From Podospora anserina (taxonomy: Eukaryota): a stretch of DNA of 64,000 bases. The DNA is taken from positions 1,426,001 to 1,490,000 of the forward strand of contig CM030337.1 in the NCBI GenBank assembly GCA_017654855.1, in the 5' to 3' direction. Below are positions 38,856-50,743 of this stretch, piece by piece (the stretch's first letter is position 1; every line of letters begins with the position of its first letter). Below the pieces are notes generated by a model. That model was not told the DNA's origin, did no database searches, and worked only from the letters and a program-made list of their open reading frames with translations. A program made the position numbers and the translations under genes.

Positions 38856-39274
38856 TGTCACAGACCAACCATATAGCAAGGCAGAGTGGGGACTGCAGCA
38901 GGCCGTGGTGACCAATCAAGTAATAGATAGCAGCGGGGCTGCAGGACAGTGGGGCGCTCACCTCTTAGCAGAGGTAAGCCGGCTCGCCAGGAGCGCTGGG
39001 TGAGCGAGGTGAGCCAGGATGGATCACCAGGAGCGCTTGGTGATCGAGGTAAGCCAGGTACGGAGGTACCTGGAGGATTGAGGTCTATATATACGGAGGA
39101 ACTGGCTAGTGTAGCTAGACAGTTCCGCAGTATGCAATTCACAATTGTATTCACGGTATCTTGTCTTTACATTAAGATATCTTGTTGTGCACTGTTTAGC
39201 TGCACCGAACCAATTTTCAGAAGTTACCTTCAACCCGTATCCCTTTCAGAGGTTCTGTACAGGGGTTCGTCACA
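38856..39274 (+). mobile_element. Solo LTR (419 bp) of the same gypsy lineage as the left-edge element, with 5-bp TSD GTTTT
   Basis: TGTCACA...GTTCGTCACA, flanked by GTTTT at 38851-38855 and 39275-39279. Segment 39081-39274 is homologous to LTR 761-956. Confidence 0.93.
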
Positions 39275-42200
39275 GTTTTGCTTATGGTGGATTAACCACC
39301 CCCCTTTTAGCTCTGCCTGCTAATGGACACATACCTACAATAACCAATCAGACTCAGACAATATGATGAGAAACACTATCTTGAGGACTTACTGTCTTTT
39401 GAGTCTTATATAAGATGCAGGATTTCATTCACTATTCACTCTTTTCGATATCTTTGCCTTTGTAAGGTAATATCATCAGTTCAATTACATGCTTCAAATC
39501 AACTATCTGGGTCTAAACTCAACAAGTTTTGCTTTCTCCTTATCATCATCATCTGTATCTTTATACCCAGTGTGTAACTCGAAATGCCCTACAAATTTGG
39601 CCTCCAAAATGAAACAGCTAGAAAAACAGCAAAATGTTTCATTTGCTGAGAGCATGAATTCTATTAACGTGACTGAAGTGTCTTGATAAGAGTTCGGGTG
39701 CTTTTGATATTAAGAAACATGTCAATATTATTTACGGTAGGTACTGAGGCTTTTATGAGGTGTGGCAAGTTGGTGTGGATCAGAAGCAGCTTACCTTCTA
39801 GGTTGACTATGGTCTATATGAGATTGCTCTGGTTTTCACAAAAGTGTGTGATATGCAAGATAGCTATGAGAAAGAGCGGGGACCAAACCACATCGTCGGG
39901 ACCTGATGGAGTCTTGCTTGGGTATTCTGTTTCTGAGAATTCTAACTCTATTTGTCTACAGACGTTGACGGCAGGTAGAATGGAGCCATGGGCAGTGGGG
40001 ATATTGGGATTTTTGACAGCGTACCCTATCCTAGCTTGAAACAAACAACTATCTTTTCCTCCTCAATTTGTGACCCAACGTTGACCACCTTGTGAAAAGA
40101 ACTCACCGTGAAGACTTGGCAACGTATGGATCCATGGAATGTATAACGAGCGATATCTCCGAAGACATCCATATACTGATTCGTGCACTCGTGGTAGCAT
40201 CTACCGTCAACCCATTCTTCTTGGCACCCTCCCCCAATCATCCAAAAGCTGCGTCTTATAAAAAGTCCGAAAACTGTTTTTAAAAGCCTTTCAATTAGGG
40301 CAATAAGATAGGTCAAACTACTCTCTGTGTTAATTATGTTGTGGTGAGGGTAAGTAGGTACCTAGATGAGGGCGAGTATTGTTATGGCTCTATTGATTTA
40401 CGGTACATGGTACAGTTTGGCACGGATGTAGCGGCTTACCTTCTGGAAGTAACACAATGAAGGAACCGTACTCGCCAAACCAAATATATGTTGCCGTGAG
40501 GATGGTTGCCGAAGCCTCAGCAATGTGGGATGATCATTCGATTTGACTGAGATAAGGACGCGTACCACCGACTCGGAAAAAGCATGTGCAACCCAGGTCT
40601 AAACGTGCATTCGTGTTGCTTAATATAGGGCAAACTAACGGGGTTGGAATGCTGGAATGTTTCACGTGTGGTGGGCCGGCACGTGGATTTTGCATGGCGT
40701 TGTGTGATCGTCATACGATGATTTCAACTTCATTTCTCAAACTAAAGGGGCAATATACCGCTGTTCTCTCCCCCTCAAGATGCTTCCACGTAGCATTGTA
40801 GCGAAGGATTCTGCAAATCTTGCTGTTAACATAGTGGGAACTCGCCTCGCTGTGAATTTTCCTCTCCCCCGACGGACGGAACTAAACGGATACATACATT
40901 TCAGCAACTGAGCATCACGACTACCCACCGAGAGCACCCTCTGCTATGGCCTTATATATCCGAGTGAATGCTTGAAGCCCCTCGCTGTCAATGTTTGTAT
41001 GTATCTTGTCCTTTCCTTGTCGTTCATCTTCCCTGTCCCCTGTCCAAGACGGATAGGTCTCCGCATTGCCGGGTGGAGTCCTTCGGTTACATTCTGTGAT
41101 GGGACCAGGGCACCTGAAGCTTAAAACGACGTCACTCCTCAATAACCTCGTCGCTGCGCAAGCGTCTATATTCAAGCTGGATATCATACTTTTGTGTGAC
41201 CTTCGGTTGAGGCCGGTAGGTCGAATAACATGAAGGCAAACAGTGGCGCCGGAAGCTAAACCGACTAACCGCTAATCGAAGGCACATATGATCGAGACCG
41301 CATCTTTACACTGCAAAATTATGGTAGCTCAATGGATACCTGCTTGAGGCGGAATATACTATTGCACCTGCGTTGTTTTTACCACACAGTCCTTAGCTAA
41401 TGACATGCCCAGGTCCTTCCCAGACATCATGACTTCTTCGTGTCGGCTGTGTGGGTGTGGACATGAAGCACTCAGTCCGCAGGACATATATCGGATTTAT
41501 GCATTCGTCCGTTTTATATTATCGAGGGAATGTGGGATACTGTGTGTATAATTCTCAATAATTTGCATATTTCGCCCACGCCGACGTGTCAGCTCACTAT
41601 TCAATATTATTGCTATCGGCCGGTATGTCTCAGGTATTCTGTTTTCACATCTCAGGGGAAGGGTTTAAATAGCGGGGGTTCCAGTCCTATGCTCGACTTG
41701 GTAATCATTCGATTTTCTTGCCCCCCCCCCCCCACCTTTTATTCTTATACTGCTCTGTTTTTCCTACTCGGTGGCTGCAAGTGGGAACCGAGGTCTCGGT
41801 GGGAAACTGTCGTGTGGTAGTGCAAGTGCTGCATGGTAGTTGGTGAATGTCGGGTACGAATCGGCTGGTTGCTCGGCATTCCAAATTACCAGAATCAGAG
41901 GAGCAGCGATTCGGTTGAATCCTAGCCCTCTAAAACTTTTCGGGGCTTCCAACGGCACCATTGTCATGTCGGGCAAGTCATCGGATATCGTGGAAGAACG
42001 ACTGGGCTTATTTTAGGTGCCGGGAAGAAGGGCCACCTAAGAGCGCAGAGCCTCCCACCCAATCGAGACAAGTCACTGCCTGACGATGCGCGCAGAACCG
42101 AAGAACCGGCTCCTGAAGGCCTTGCCAAGCAATGAATCACATCAAATACACACCCACCTCACCCCCTGATCCCACACCCAGAAGCAGCCGATCCAAGAAC

Positions 42201-44087
42201 CTACCTATCACTGCTCAAAGTTACCCACCCCCACGCCGGCAGGTATGCACCGATCAACGGGACTTCTCCCATACCGAAGCACCACCCCGTCATCTTTTTG
42301 GGCCGGTGTCGTCTATATCATGGGCTTTGTTGCAACCTCGATAGTATGGAGATGCTCGGTCAACCAATCCATAGCTGGCTTGATGGAATTTCTGGGCAAT
42401 GAAGACGTTCGTTGAAGAAGGGATTCGATAGACTGCCCAGGCCCGCGCATCTGGCAGATGGCACTATGCAGTGGCTCAGATGGGCCCCCCTGTGGTGGTC
42501 TACCTAAGGGTTCCCTCCAGCTCCACGTTTTTGGCTTGAGCCACACCGAATGTTCGTGTGTGGTCCAGCAGAGGTGCCGCGCCATATAACGGGCGAGATC
42601 CGCGGTGGGCGCTCACTGGTCAAAAATTCGATGTGTTTCTTGACCGGCCTGCCTTTCCCCTCCTCCGGAGGATGAATCTAATAAAATATATTTCTCCTAC
42701 CCATTGCTGTTTGCCGTAGACTTTTGTCACATAACCTGCTACCGGCCCCCCATGGAGCCATCACAACATTCTTCACCGCTCAATCGACACCGGTCCGGCG
42801 GACTGTCGACGGACGAGGAGGATGGGACTCGGATTAATATTTCACCCAGAACACTTTCGCTTTTTTCCCCATCCCTCCACAACAGCACCCTGTGCCAATT
42901 TTTGGCGACGTCATCAGAATCTGGGGAAATCAAGGTCACATCTACCTGGAGCTACCCTCCGCAAATAGCTTTGAACATGCATCTCGAAGTACCTTTGCTA
43001 ATAAAAGCTGAGTGAATTTTCATTTTCAACATGCTCCAGCTGGGTTAAGTTCGCTGCCGGGCAGCAACAGGTCTAGTGTCCCTCTCTCGAAGAGCACCCA
43101 TGTCCATTACCAGTGCAAGAGAAACCAGACCGGCTCTGGGTCACTTGGTCTGGGGAGCGGCCCCACCTCAGAGGCCGTTGTGTTGCCGAACGCTCCTATC
43201 TGCCGCCGGGTGTTTTGCTGTCACTCGTCTTGTCAGCAGTGGGACCGAAGTCATTCCACGTTTTCGACCGATGTGCAACTTCGATGAAGTCTTAATACCA
43301 ACAAAGGTGGGTCCTTGGCTTAGCCCATCTGCTTCCGCAGCAGCACCGCTCTTCTCTTGTTTCCTTGACAATATTTAGGTAGTTGCGTGACAGGGGTCAA
43401 TTTTCATCGACCATCTCTGCCATACTGTCCACAGCTCTGGCATTCCCTTCTCGTCCTTGCGTTGCAGATTTGGAGTTCGTCAGTGCCTTCAACATCCACC
43501 CTCTCGCGCACTCTGCAACTTGGTTTCGGTACGGAATTCGCTACCCTCGAACTTCGTAACCCCCTTCCCGCCGCCGTAGATTCAGCACTGCCATATTTGA
43601 CGGCATCCAGAATGGCTCAGCCGGTACACGTCGTCGTCATTACTCCAGCCCCCGCGACACCTAAAAACCCAGAAGGTGGCCATCGGATCGTATTGTGAGG
43701 CGTTGACCTTGTATGTGAGCCTGGTTGTTGAAGTCTTTCCTAGTTTCATGTCAGCGCTAACACCGCCGATAGCAGGATGCTCACATGGACCGCTAACGGT
43801 CTATCCCTGGCCGCAATGAAGCATCACCTCAACGGGGTGAACCGCCCAGCTGTTATCATTTACAGGCATACGCGCCAAGGCGCCCACCGACCATCATCCA
43901 CCCTTGCCTCTTTGTTGTCGTTCGCCTTCCTGGTTGTCGATGATATCCTCAAGCCCGAGTATGCGAGGCGGCACCTACTTTTTGTTTTCCAACTCTATCA
44001 CCATGTTCTGTGCGGTCCCGTTGGTCGAGTTCTAGGTCGCCAGGCTATTTCCGTTCCGGGTGTCTGGTTGTTGGACTTGTCGCCGTT

Positions 44088-44152
44088 ATTCCTCATCGCC
44101 CATCCTCGTCGCCCATTCTCATCACCAATCCTCATCGCCAATCCTCATTGGC
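44088..44152 (+). repeat. 13-bp minisatellite, 5 imperfect copies (consensus MATCCTCATCGCC)
   Basis: attcctcatcgcc catcctcgtcgcc cattctcatcacc aatcctcatcgcc aatcctcattggc. Confidence 0.85.
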
Positions 44153-45039
44153 ATACTTGATCATCACTCCTTGTGACAATCTTTGTCACGAAACTTTATC
44201 TTGATTCATCCGTGGTGTTGATAATCGGAATAGCTTGCCGTGCTGTGGCACGAAAATTAGCATTGTGCTCTCAGGTTTAAAGGATAGATTGGGTGAGCAA
44301 TCGATGGGTGAATGGATGGGAACAGATGAACGCGAGATAATATGTAAGAGGAAACATGACACTGGTGTGAACGTCAAGGGGGAGGCTTGGGAACAATATA
44401 TGAGACTTTGATGACTTGGCGAAACGACAATAATCCTTTCCTGCATGCAACCCCTCTCGCCTCTCAAGATGCGATTCGCTGAAGTGCTCAGCCTTGCCGC
44501 TCACCACCCTCCTCCTTCACAGCCTAATGAATCTACTCCAACTCTGCCAAATACATGCCATATTGTGCCAAGGGAAAAAGGATTACTGCCAAATGTGTTC
44601 TCCTCCGGTATTTAGAACAAGTGGTTTAGAACAGGTGGTGAGAGCGTTGAATTTATGCATGGAGTCAAAGTTTGCTGTGAACGATCTTGTTCATGACATT
44701 TCGGTCTCTTCCACAGCCTTGTCCCCTTAAATGTTCATCTGTGGCTATAACATAAGCCGTGCATGATGCACGTTCTATACATGATTGCGCCCGTCGAATA
44801 TGTGATGAAGCGATTCTGCTATGCTGCGTTGGGCATAATGTGCAAAGCTAGGCACTCTTCAGGCCACATTTGGGCAGACGAGGCTCTGTATGAGAAACCA
44901 GAGGGATGGAGCATATGAGCCCAGAAGAATCCTAGTTTCGGTCTTGTTTCATCTTTTGATCTCTCCACTTCTTCTCTTCTTCTGACATCTAGCCTGATCT
45001 TACTTTAGCTTTGCGGAATCCGAGTACATCGAAGTTGTA

Positions 45040-46341
45040 ATGGGGCCGACAGAGCTTGATAACCTCAATCTCTCCGAGAGAGGAGAAGTACCAGCAGCTG
45101 GGACGCGTGAGTTCACCAGTATCTTGCCAAGTCCTTCCACCACACCTACTAATGCTTGATTTCAGGAGCTGGCAGTCTTGCCAGTACCTGCTCAACTCTG
45201 CAAGGCACAGGGGTTTCCTGCCCAGAAGGTGAAGAGAACAAGGGTGTGTAGACCTAGTGCCTCCTATATTTCTTTCGATTGACTGGGCTAATTTCTTAAC
45301 ATGTCTGTAGATGAAGCATTGGGACGTGCTAAGTGTGCTCTTTATAAAGAGTTATGTCAAGAGTGGTGCTTTTTCCCAGCCCTCCAGGCACAGTTCTCTC
45401 TGGTTCTGGATTACTGGGCCGCAAAGGTTCTCGGGACCTTTCGAGACCTCAAATCCCTGGAGCGAGAAAACCATGCCCAAGGCTGTCATGACTACAAGGA
45501 ACATCGGCCTGACAACGAGTATGGAAAGAAAAAAGAGGAACTGGCCATCAGACTTACCAATGAGCTCAAGGAATTCTGTAAGGCTTTCAATCTCTCCTGA
45601 AACCCTTCCCTTACCGAAGCTGAGTGTCAAACGCTAATCGAAGATCTCCGTCATAACCTTAGCAACATTGTTCAATTCAGCCAATGTCATCATGCATCAA
45701 CATACCCCGAATGGCAGCATGGTGTCTGAATACAGGCTGTGGTCTTCCAATGTGGTAGGCTCAGATTCATCGGACCGCGAACTCTTTGCCGAGAACTACA
45801 GGGCCTTAGGCCCACGGCCAAGCATGATTGATGAGTTTGTGCATTCAGTTGTCAAGACTTCCGCGATGTTATGGATTCGGTTCAGGGTAAATACTCGGTC
45901 TGCTGCTATGTTTGCATACTTGATCTCTTAACTGGGCACTGACATGATATTTCTTCCCTCCAGTCCTATGCCGCCCGTCTCCGGTCCACGAAAGACTGTT
46001 CTCCAGGCCCGGTCTCCATTATTCTTAGCTATACTACTCTTCACGTTCTCTCCCACCTCCTCGTTGTTGTCATGGCCGGGGTGTTCTTCGTCTTGCCGCT
46101 CACCATGATGTACTTGGTAACGATGAAGAAGGCGGAGATTGTCCTCGTTACGATCACCTTCAGCCTTTTGTTCTGTGTCGGGTCATTTTACTTTGGTGGT
46201 GGCAGGGGCGGACTCAAAACTGACACCAAGTTCCTGTTGTTGTTTGCGTACACAAGTGTGATGGCAACCTTGCTTTCCAACTTTGCGCCGCATCAGGAGC
46301 AGCAGCATAGTCAGCAGTGTTCATGTCCCGAATCGAGCTGA
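45040..46341 (+). CDS. DUF6594-like fungal membrane protein (about 337 aa, helical N-terminal region, 3 C-terminal TM helices); exons 45040-45106, 45166-45243, 45311-45577, 45663-45886, 45964-46341
   Basis: Four GT-AG introns with CTAAT/CTGAC branch sites join the fragments into one open frame of 1014 nt. KKKEELAIRLTNELKEF and the terminal LLFAYTSVMATLL resemble DUF6594 patterns. An additional upstream exon is possible. Confidence 0.75.
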
Positions 46342-46799
46342 AGAGACGGACACCCCTTCACACAAAAGTCGAGGTCATGACCTCTATACCTTTTCTATCT
46401 TCTGGGCAGGATCCTTTCTTATATTTCTTTCTAAATTTCCTTTGGCTATCGGTCTTTAAATCGTTTCCCGGACATAACATGTCACACCGTTTTTAAGTTT
46501 ACAAACTTTCTATCTTCACTTCTCACGGCACCACCTTATTATTTTCTTACATCTACCTGTCTAGTCGGTATTATTTTCTGGGCTACGCGCTATAAAGTAA
46601 TGCGTATTCGAGCTGTATAATAAACACACAGCAGTTATAACAGACAGGACTATATGGAAGTTTTCTACTCCAATCAAAGCATGCAAAGTGTAAAGTCTTC
46701 AACCTGAACCCTTGATGGCCGCTCACCAAGGCTTATACAGAGTTATACCTTGGCCGTGGAATTTTTTTATCAGTTTTTAACTATTTATATCTTGCTATC

Positions 46800-47328
46800 G
46801 ATCCAGGCCCAAAGCCTCTCAATTACAGCTCTTGGAGTATTTAATCCCAGCCTTTGAACTCTTCAACCCCGGCCTTAAAGTTATTGGTCCCAGCCTTCAA
46901 AGTTTTTAGTGTCAGCAATTTAAAGTACATAACTCTGATACACAGCACTGAAAGAGACCAAAGACTACAAGACCCCATCGATATACATTGATCCTCTTAC
47001 AGAGGACATCCCCACCATCCTTTCACACCTGTTAATCTTCTTTTAAGGCTTAAAAGATAAGAAACACTCCTCATGGCTATTTCGAAAGGCTTCTCAGCTA
47101 TCTTTTAATACCCAGTAGCTATCTTTCAGTACCTAGCAACTATCTTTTAACACCTGGTGACTTATCCTTTGATACCTAGTGACTATCTTTTAGACCATAC
47201 AGACGATTTTTTAATGCCTATCAAGTATCTTTCAATACATATATACTATCGTGTGAGGCATATGAATTATCTTTTGACACCTATAAACTATCTCTGAAGC
47301 CGTAGTAACCATCTTTTGAGGCCTTGAT
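46800..47328 (-). pseudogene. Decayed heptad-repeat (coiled-coil) coding relic built from 21-bp tandem units
   Basis: About 12 units of 21 bp at 47076-47328 translate on the minus strand as x(Q/*/Y)(V/A/G)(L/S)KDS (e.g. HQVLKDS, C*VLKDS). A second set of 21-22 bp units at about 46800-46915 reads LKTLKAG/TNNFKAG/VEEFK. Stops and frameshifts are present. Confidence 0.65.
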
Positions 47329-47498
47329 TTCAAGTATCATGCTATATAAAAGCCTTCTCCCTGCCTGAGAAAGACACACATGCTCATAACTCAACAGTCC
47401 ACACCAGACAAAAACGCACAGTTTTCAATGCAAGCTAACATAACATATTATTCTTCCTGCCAGAAACACTATCACCCCCCCTATCTACACCCTAATCT

Positions 47499-50337
47499 TT
47501 ACCTCCTAGGACGCTTGCTGGGCCTAGCGTTCTTTTCCCTCTTCTTTTCAGCGATAGCACGTGCCTTCCTGATGTCCGTAGCGTTCTTCAACTCCCGCTT
47601 CGAGCCTTCCCCATCCTTGAACTTGCCAATCCTCTTTTCCTTGGCTTCGGCCACCCGCTTCTTCCTCACATGATAATCATCACGGAATTTGTCAGCTTCC
47701 TTGGGGGCCTTTTCTTGCTTGTGCTTATACCTGGTGCCACCTTCCTGGTGGCCAGGACCGTTGGCAAGCCTGGCCAGGCCAGGCTTTTCCAATTCGCCAA
47801 TACCAGGCAGGCGGCCGATACGGTTGGACTTCTTCCACTTGTCGAATCTGCCGGACTGGAAGGACGCCGCGATCTTGACACCAGACTCACCACGGATCAT
47901 CTTGACGCCCTTGGAGCCGTCGTCATCGTTGGCACGGGCGACGTATTTGCTGTGGCGCTTATCCCAGCGGAGTTTGGAGCGGGTAGGCAAGCCGAAGGCC
48001 TTGGCGCCGTCGTCGTTGGTGAGGTCCATGGCAGCGTCGCGGGCGGCGGTGACGAAATGAGACGAGTTGACACCACCGGAGTGGACGCCATAGGCCTTTT
48101 CTTCTGCCGCCGAAGTCGTGCGTGGCGTGTAGGACATAAAAATCTCGGGGTCTTGGAATGACGCTATAGGGTCACCACCCTTTTGCTTCTTGCTTGACTT
48201 GGACGAAGTAACCGTGACTTCCATTTCAGAGTCCGAGTCGTCCTCTTCTTGCTCCGACTCCGACACATCCTCCTGCTTTGCGGGTTCATCGTCAGAATCC
48301 GAGTCAAATTCGCTGCCAGCCTTGGGTCCCTCGCCATCTGACATGTCAACATCAGAATCGGTTTCTCCCTTCGTGATTCTCCGTGGCGCGACCTTGGTTC
48401 TGAAGCTGCGCATCACCTCCGCCGCTTTGTTCCTGTGGGACTTTCCTTGGGGCCCAATTTCGAAGACTGTCTCCTGAGGCTTGAACAAGCTGATCTTGGA
48501 GAGGAGATTGTCACGGGCTTCCTCGGCATTGATCGCCTCCACGCCAAACAAGGGATGAAGTTGTGTCCAACCCTTTGAGTTGATGATCTCACGAGCTCTC
48601 TTGGCACTGGAGCTGGAAGCCGAGTTTCTGGTCCTCATATAGAGCTTCTCAGCCTTGAGCGTAACACCCCTGAGCGCACTGATGTCGCCCTCTTCGTTCA
48701 GAACCTTGTTGACCCACTCAGTCTGGTTCTCGAGCTCCGATCTCTTCAGCGCACCGAGCACAACATCCTGAGCAAATGAGGGGTCTTGTCCATCTTTACC
48801 CATAACCAGCCTCCGTCCGAGGAAAAGCTGAAGATCGATGAGATAGGGCAGATCAGACTCCCGTACAAGAGCATAAGCCCAACCGCGCTGGCCAGCACGA
48901 GCCGTACGACCGACACGATGGACGAAAACCTTGGGCTGTGGAGGAAAGTCGTAGTTGATGACATTGGCGAGAACTGGAATATCGATACCACGAGCCGCAA
49001 CGTCTGTGACTACCAGAATATTCGTTCTTCCTCGTCTAAAGTCATCAACTTGGATCTTCCTAGCGGTTTGATCCAAAGAACCGTAAATGTAGGAAACAGC
49101 GAAGCCGGCGTGGCGAAGGAGATGTGCAATGTACTCGACGTGATGCTTGGTAGCCGTGAAGATGATTGTAGAGTGTGCTGTCGGCTTCTCCTTGAAACTG
49201 AGTCTGTCGCTGCCACGCTTGCGCTTTCCCCGAGAGTTATTTGGATCAGCCTCGTCTTTTGGTGCTCCTTCTGGCGTTCCCATTGGCATCTTGATAATAT
49301 CGTGAAGAATATGCAACAGAGCGCCCTCCTTCTCACCACCCTTGACAGAAAAGAAGGCACTCTCCATATCGGGAGACACCTTGGTCTCAGCGTCCAATCT
49401 CACCAAGCTCGGCTCCTGTAAACCAGCTCTGGCAAACTCAACCAAGGAAGATGGCAGAGTAGCCGAAAATAGCAGAGTCTGTCTTGATGATGGCAGCGCG
49501 TGAAGAATCTCGGTTAGCTGCTCGGCAAAACCCATTTCGAACAGGCGATCGGCTTCGTCGAAGACCACGTATTTGATCGAGGAGAGGTTGAGGTTCATTT
49601 CAACCTTCAAATGCAGGAAACGACCAGGGGTAGCAATGACGATATCGGGGTTCGTGGCCATCTGGGCGAACTGCTCCTCCAGGCTGTCACCACCAACGAG
49701 GAGAATCGTCTTCAGATCTGTGCCGCGACCCAGTTCCTTCACAACCTTCAATGTCTGTAGCGCCAGTTCACGAGACGGCGAGAGAATCAAGGCTCTGGCG
49801 CCGACCTTGGGGCTGTGTCCCTTCAAACGCTCGATCATGGGGATGACGAAGGCGGCTGTCTTTCCTGAACCTGTGCGCGCCATACCCACAACATCTCTTC
49901 TTTCCAGGACCAGAGGGATTGTCTTCCTCTGAATTGGAGTCGGGACAGAGAAGCCCTTCTTTGTGATGGCTCGTAATAAATTCGCATTGAGGCCTTTGAG
50001 AACCACATGTTAGCCCCCTATCACCGTGGAACGTTTGATTTTCCAAGGAATACGTACCCATGGCCTGGAAACCACCACCCTTCTTTACCGACTTGCCCTG
50101 CACATTCGAGCTTTTCCTGTTGGACTTGCGCTGAGCGGTAGCAATGAAGTCCTCATCGTCCTCGGCATTCGAATCGCCATCGCCTGCTGTTAAGAGATCT
50201 CCGAAATCAAGATCGAAATCCGCCTCACCGCCCTTCTTGACAACCTCAAAATCTCCATCACTCTCGTCGGCAAACAGGGACCCCGCAATATCGACCTCGT
50301 GCTCCGACGGAGTCGGGGACGCAGCGCGTCTCTTCAT
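47499..50337 (-). CDS. DBP10: DEAD-box RNA helicase DBP10 (60S biogenesis); exons 50337-50058 and 49993-47499
   Basis: [31 protein letters not shown] and [10 protein letters not shown], plus the DBP10 C-terminal [21 protein letters not shown]. Confidence 0.97.
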
Positions 50338-50743
50338 CGTAGGCGAATGGTATTATACTGCACTAATTGAACGTAGGATGGTCGGAGTTGAAAAAGGGAA
50401 CTGGTATTTGATATTCGGCGCTGACAGCAGTGAAAATAGAGCTCAAAGTGGTGGATGGTGTTGCTAGAGAGCTGTTGTAAATTTTCGGCATCACTGAGCC
50501 TGCTGTTACTGCGCTGCTCAGCGAAATTTTAGTGGGGCCGATTCCTTATCGGTTATCAATCGCTCGTCAACATTGGCGCATTGCGACCTGCATCAAACGA
50601 ACCCTGTATGAGCGAGGTGTCGCACCTGCTGCTTCCTCCTTCCACACTTTTCTCCCATCCTCGTGCAGCTGAATTCGAACTTCCACCTTTCCCTCAACAA
50701 CCACCCGCGTGAAACAAATTAATCCCTCCCACAACCACCCAAG

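Noticed and set aside
40320..43600. Many short ORFs in the accessory block
   Set aside because: I could not assemble a consistent spliced frame or recognise any motif; left unannotated.
47076..47328. Repeat array considered as CRISPR-like
   Set aside because: Units are contiguous with no unique spacers, the context is eukaryotic with no cas genes, and the 21-bp period fits heptad coding.
39280..47340. Starship/Spok-block-type giant element
   Set aside because: No DUF3435 tyrosine recombinase, Spok-like ORF or boundary repeats are recognisable.
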